Positions 60,319 through 64,000 of a stretch of DNA of 64,000 nt are shown one piece after another. Each line of letters starts with the position of its first letter. Positions within the stretch are counted from its first letter, which is position 1. The notes beneath the pieces were generated by a model, which was not told the origin of the DNA, searched no databases, and worked only from the letters and a program-made list of their open reading frames with translations. The stretch spans positions 3,008,001-3,072,000 of the forward strand of contig OZ243956.1 in NCBI GenBank assembly GCA_965214405.1, read 5' to 3'. The position numbers and the translations under genes were made by a program. This DNA is from Trueperaceae bacterium. GTDB lineage: Bacteria > Deinococcota > Deinococci > Deinococcales > Trueperaceae.

Positions 60319-61226
60319 ATAATATTCACGCTAGCCGAACTCCTCATGTAATTCCCTACCAGGGTAGCAAGAGGAAACTTGCTAGCGACATTCTGAAGCA
60401 AATCGATTTTGAAGTCGCGTCGCTCTATGAACCTTTTGCAGGCTCGGCGGCTGTGACTCTTGCGGCAGCCTCACGATTTATGGCTGAGCGGTATGTCATC
60501 GCAGACAAGTTGGAATCTCTAACAGACCTCTGGAAAATGATTATTAATGAGCCTGAGAGACTTATTGAAGATTACACGCACTTATGGGAGTCACAGCTTG
60601 AAGACCCACGCTCCTATTTCGACTATATACGGGATCAGTTTAATGCAGAGCCCTCCCCAGCAGCGTTGCTTTATCTCATTGCTAGATGTGTAAAAAACAG
60701 CTTGCGGTTTAACGCTGAAGGCAAATTCAACCAAAGCCCCGACAACCGCAGGTTAGGCGTGAAACCCAAGAAACTAGCGAGTGAGGTGCAGGCTACTTCA
60801 CGTCTCTTGAAAGGGAGGACAATGGTTGAGGCAGGGGATTTTCAAGCCGTTTTAGAGCACGCTTCGCCCGATGATGTAGTCTATATGGACCCTCCTTGGC
60901 AAGGAACAAGTACCAATCGTAATCCCCGCTATGCCTACCTGTTGGATATTGACAAGCTAGTAGACGAGTTAGAAAACTTGAACCAGCGCGGCGTCCCTTA
61001 TCTTTTGAGCTTTGACGGAACCTGCGGAGGTAAAGCCTACGGCAAGAGCTTACCTTCCGAACTGCGCCTAAAAAAAGTGATGCTCCACGCGGGCCGTTCT
61101 AGCCAGGCTACCCTTCTCGGGCGTTCGAAAATAACGATGGAGTCACTTTACATTTCCCCTGCATTCACAGCAAAGTCCAGCTTTGATAAGGGGAGCTACC
61201 CGCAGCAGGTAGCTTTGTTCGGTTAG
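60315..61226 (+). CDS. DNA adenine methyltransferase, Dam/D12 alpha class (M.SphI-like)
   Basis: IPYQGSKRKLA, YEPFAGSA motif I, YMDPPW motif IV. Confidence 0.92.
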   Translation: MNNIHASRTPHVIPYQGSKRKLASDILKQIDFEVASLYEPFAGSAAVTLAAASRFMAERYVIADKLESLTDLWKMIINEPERLIEDYTHLWESQLEDPRSYFDYIRDQFNAEPSPAALLYLIARCVKNSLRFNAEGKFNQSPDNRRLGVKPKKLASEVQATSRLLKGRTMVEAGDFQAVLEHASPDDVVYMDPPWQGTSTNRNPRYAYLLDIDKLVDELENLNQRGVPYLLSFDGTCGGKAYGKSLPSELRLKKVMLHAGRSSQATLLGRSKITMESLYISPAFTAKSSFDKGSYPQQVALFG

Positions 61227-61657
61227 AATTCAGTGCCGCTCAAAGGTCATCCAAAACATCCTTAATATAGTTTTGAATACTCTTTTGTTGCTCTTGCGCC
61301 TTGCTAGAAATGCGGTTGTAAGCTTCGACTTCGCTTCCCTGCCACATCAGGTCAATTCTTCGCTCTTCTTTCATTGCAACGTGCTGATAATCCTTTGGAA
61401 AAGCCCAATAGCAGTTTCGGCAGACATCGGGGTCTTTTAAAGTCGTGAAGTTTTCGCAGTGCTCGCACGACCATGATTTTTGTCTCTGCGCTGCTCCGCT
61501 GAGCAGCATGAACGCGTCAATATTTTCCTTGGTGGCGGTGGCCTCATCTCCGGCCACTTCATAGGGAATGCGGTGATCTATTTGCAGGTAACGAGGCTGA
61601 TAAACCTCGTTTGTTACTGCACACTTACTCCCGTAAAAAACCACAAGGTCTGTCTTA

Positions 61658-62940
61658 CAATACTCCGGACAGATTTAAGGACAAGCTAGCCCGAAGGCAA
61701 GGGCATGGTTAAAAGCGGACTGAACTTTATTGCAACTGAGGTCAAAGTCTAAGCTTGCAAAAAGTCGAGAAAGCAGTCGGTGACTGAAAGAACGGTGGAT
61801 GTAACTGCTTAAAGAGAAGACGAAAGCTTGCTCTCCCTCTTGCTGGTTTAGAAGGTCTAACTTGGCAAGATTAACAGCCGATAAAGCGGTGTTGAAATGA
61901 AAGGCAAGTGCTTTTGCATCTCTGGCTTGGCAGTCACAAAGACCTGTAAACTGTTTAGCATCCCGAAACAGGAATTCGATTTGGAAGCGTAACTTGTAAA
62001 GGTCTAGTATCTCCTTGCCGGTAAGACTCAGGTCTGTCGAAAAGAGCAAGATGTAACGAGGTTTGGCTTTGCTGGTATCGAGCAGTAGCACAACGCGAAG
62101 AAGACGTTTCAAACCAACATGCCAAAGGGTTTGCGTATAGATGTGAAGCTGCGGTTCAGTTTCGCTCTCATAAACAAACCGGCTCAGGTCTCCAAAATCA
62201 ACCTTGCCATCATAGCGTTTAGGGCGTCCTTTGCCACAGTAGGCTCCTCGGTAGAGATAGCGTAGGTTGGCGTCACAGCGTAGTTTGCCCACTACCTCAA
62301 GCTTTCCTAGAGCACACACTGTGTCAACAAACCCCTTCTTGCTGTAATAGCCGTCTACCAGCAGATAGTTGACCTCTTTAGGCAAGGTTTCAGCACAGGC
62401 TTCTACGTGTTCGGCATACTGCTCAACGCGGCTTTTCCCCGCCTTAGCCACAGTCTGCCTCGTTGAAAAAGCAAATGCCTGACGGCTGTCACGGTCAATC
62501 AAAGCCAGTTCACTAATCTCTAAGCCTTTTACTGCCCTACCTATACAGCCACTGTAAAATTTACCCAGCCCAAACGTCTGTTTCCCGCTTTTAGCTAAGT
62601 AGCTCGCGTCTAGTGCTGCCACCAGTTCGCCGCTCGTAGTACGTTGCCCTAGACAATGCAGGTTGAACATCTCGAAGTCAAAGTCTCGTCTAAAACCTCT
62701 GCGGTACGTTTTCTCATCCAGTTCGCTATGTCTGGCTAAGTTGCTGAAGTTGAGCTTGCCGTACACCAACAGCACGGTACTGAACAACTGTCTTAGAAAA
62801 TCTCGTTGCCATTTGCCTACCCCTGGCATCTTTATCAGCGCTTCGTCTATAATCTCTAGCAAGCCATCATCTGTTTGTTTCATCACACATTCAAACTAGC
62901 GTGATGGCTTCCTTCTTTTCAATACCTGTCCGAAGTATTG
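61658..62940 (-). mobile_element. 1283-bp insertion sequence (IS4/IS701-like DDE)
   Basis: TIRs CAATACTCCGGACAG / CTGTCCGAAGTATTG (14/15); direct repeat GTCTTA at 61652-61657 and 62941-62946. Confidence 0.95.
61675..62886 (-). CDS. DDE transposase
   Basis: ALDASY, LVDGYY, YKLRFQIEFLFRDAKQ (YREK-like); fills the IS. Confidence 0.95.
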   Translation of the reverse strand: MMKQTDDGLLEIIDEALIKMPGVGKWQRDFLRQLFSTVLLVYGKLNFSNLARHSELDEKTYRRGFRRDFDFEMFNLHCLGQRTTSGELVAALDASYLAKSGKQTFGLGKFYSGCIGRAVKGLEISELALIDRDSRQAFAFSTRQTVAKAGKSRVEQYAEHVEACAETLPKEVNYLLVDGYYSKKGFVDTVCALGKLEVVGKLRCDANLRYLYRGAYCGKGRPKRYDGKVDFGDLSRFVYESETEPQLHIYTQTLWHVGLKRLLRVVLLLDTSKAKPRYILLFSTDLSLTGKEILDLYKLRFQIEFLFRDAKQFTGLCDCQARDAKALAFHFNTALSAVNLAKLDLLNQQEGEQAFVFSLSSYIHRSFSHRLLSRLFASLDFDLSCNKVQSAFNHALAFGLACP

Positions 62941-63304
62941 GTCTTAAACTGCTTAGAGAAAGTTTTTCTTCCTCCCAGTTTGTGCCGCTCAACCTTGGAA
63001 GGATCGCCGAATCTGTAAGCCCCAATTTTTCTACCACTGCTTCCTACAACCCTAAAGGTTTCCAGAGGTATCCCTTGTTCTCGAACATCACGAGCGGCAC
63101 GTGGAGGATGATCGTAGCCATACAACTCCTTAAGCTCTTCTGTAGTGACAGACCCGTGTTCTATAATGTGGTCAATAACGGTCTTGGGGCGTTTTGCGGT
63201 GACTTTTCTCGCTAGTTCTAAAATACCTGGATCAATCTCGGCCATGACTTAGCATTCTTACTCGAGCGGTCACAAAAGAAAAGCCGCTCTCCGAGAACTT
63301 CCGT

Positions 63305-64000
63305 TTAGGAACTCGCGCTCGTATAGTTTGCCACCGCGTAACGCCAAAACGCGTGGCTGACGAGCAGCAGCAGGAGCGCCACGCCGACGCCCCCGAGGGC
63401 CAGGGGCGGCTCGAGCCGCCCCACCGCCGCCGCCGCGGGCACGGTCGTAATAAAGGCGATGGGCACGACAAAGGTGAGCACAAAACGCGCCCAGACGGGA
63501 AAGGCCGAGACTGGAAAGCGGCCCGCCGAAAAGAACGCGTAGAAGAGTTCACTGATGTTGTCCACCTTGACGAGCCAGAACGCGGTGGTCGTGAGCATAA
63601 ACCAGATCGCGTAAACGATCGCGGCCCCGCAAAAAAGCAGCGCCAGGGTGAGGAGCACGGCGGGCACGCTCAGCGCGTCCGTCCGCACCATCCCGTAAAA
63701 AATGAGAACGAGGCCCAGCAAGAGTTCGGGCAAACGCCAAACGCTCGTGTAGCGAAACGAGACCAAAAACTGGCTGCTCACGGGCTTGAGCAAGAAGAAA
63801 TCCATGTTGCCCTTGCGGATGTATTCGGGCACCTTGTTGAGGTTGGGGTACATGAAAAGGTCGATAAACGCCTCGAAGGTCATGAACACGCCTAGCAGCG
63901 CCAGCGCCTCGGTAAACGACCAGCCGCCGACCGTCTCGGCGTTGGCAAACATCACGTACAGCACAACAAAACCCGCGCCAAAGGACAGGAGCGAGTTAAA
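63305..64000 (-). CDS. ABC-2 family permease (DUF990-like), 5' truncated by window edge
   Basis: GNMDFFLLKPVS, GRFPVS, VPIAFITTVPA, YTSASS end. Confidence 0.9.
   Translation of the reverse strand, partial: FNSLLSFGAGFVVLYVMFANAETVGGWSFTEALALLGVFMTFEAFIDLFMYPNLNKVPEYIRKGNMDFFLLKPVSSQFLVSFRYTSVWRLPELLLGLVLIFYGMVRTDALSVPAVLLTLALLFCGAAIVYAIWFMLTTTAFWLVKVDNISELFYAFFSAGRFPVSAFPVWARFVLTFVVPIAFITTVPAAAAVGRLEPPLALGGVGVALLLLLVSHAFWRYAVANYTSASS

Larger units (their letters stand above)
61240..63245 (-). pseudogene. SphI-like HNH type II restriction endonuclease split by an IS
   Basis: Removing the IS and one TSD joins 63245-62941 to 61651-61240 in frame (717 nt, 238 aa): GYDHPPRAARD..KQFK/TDLVVFYGSKCAV..QIDHRIPY..KSWSCEHC..CRNCYWA. 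Confidence 0.9.

Noticed and set aside
61240..61644. Stand-alone 134-aa HNH protein and separate 108-aa protein at 62919-63245
   Set aside because: They are two halves of one gene split by the IS
60315..63245. NspI-like RCATGY specificity
   Set aside because: The partner is an adenine MTase, and ACATGC/GCATGT/ACATGT are common in the window whereas GCATGC is not
1..64000. tRNA, rRNA, known riboswitches, integron attC sites
   Set aside because: None recognised by eye; a covariance-model scan would be needed to exclude them

Overview
GC-rich bacterial chromosome segment. Gene content suggests Deinococcota (Trueperaceae-like); this is inference. Contents: sugar-catabolic and ABC transport operons with gene remnants; a 1051-aa acidic surface lipoprotein beside three atypical LuxR-type response-regulator paralogues, two with 15-bp repeat expansions; lgt and a C-terminally short glmU; a cluster of lipoprotein proteases (two S8, one S1) around a SARP/BTAD-NB-ARC-TPR regulator with matching heptamer boxes on both sides; many small accessory genes; and an AT-richer island (about 59.7-63.3 kb). 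The island is the most striking part. It encodes a stand-alone HARE-HTH-like protein translationally coupled to an alpha-class m6A methyltransferase, convergent with an SphI-like HNH restriction endonuclease. The nuclease is split by a 1283-bp IS (15-bp TIRs, 6-bp TSD). The predicted HTH-MTase promoter holds two GCATGC (SphI) sites between -35 and -10, the only copies I found in the window by eye, which suggests a methylation-sensing feedback switch. The octamer GCTCGAGC is strongly over-represented (HIP1-like). No rRNA, tRNA or CRISPR array was seen. Family assignments come from motif recognition, not database searches.
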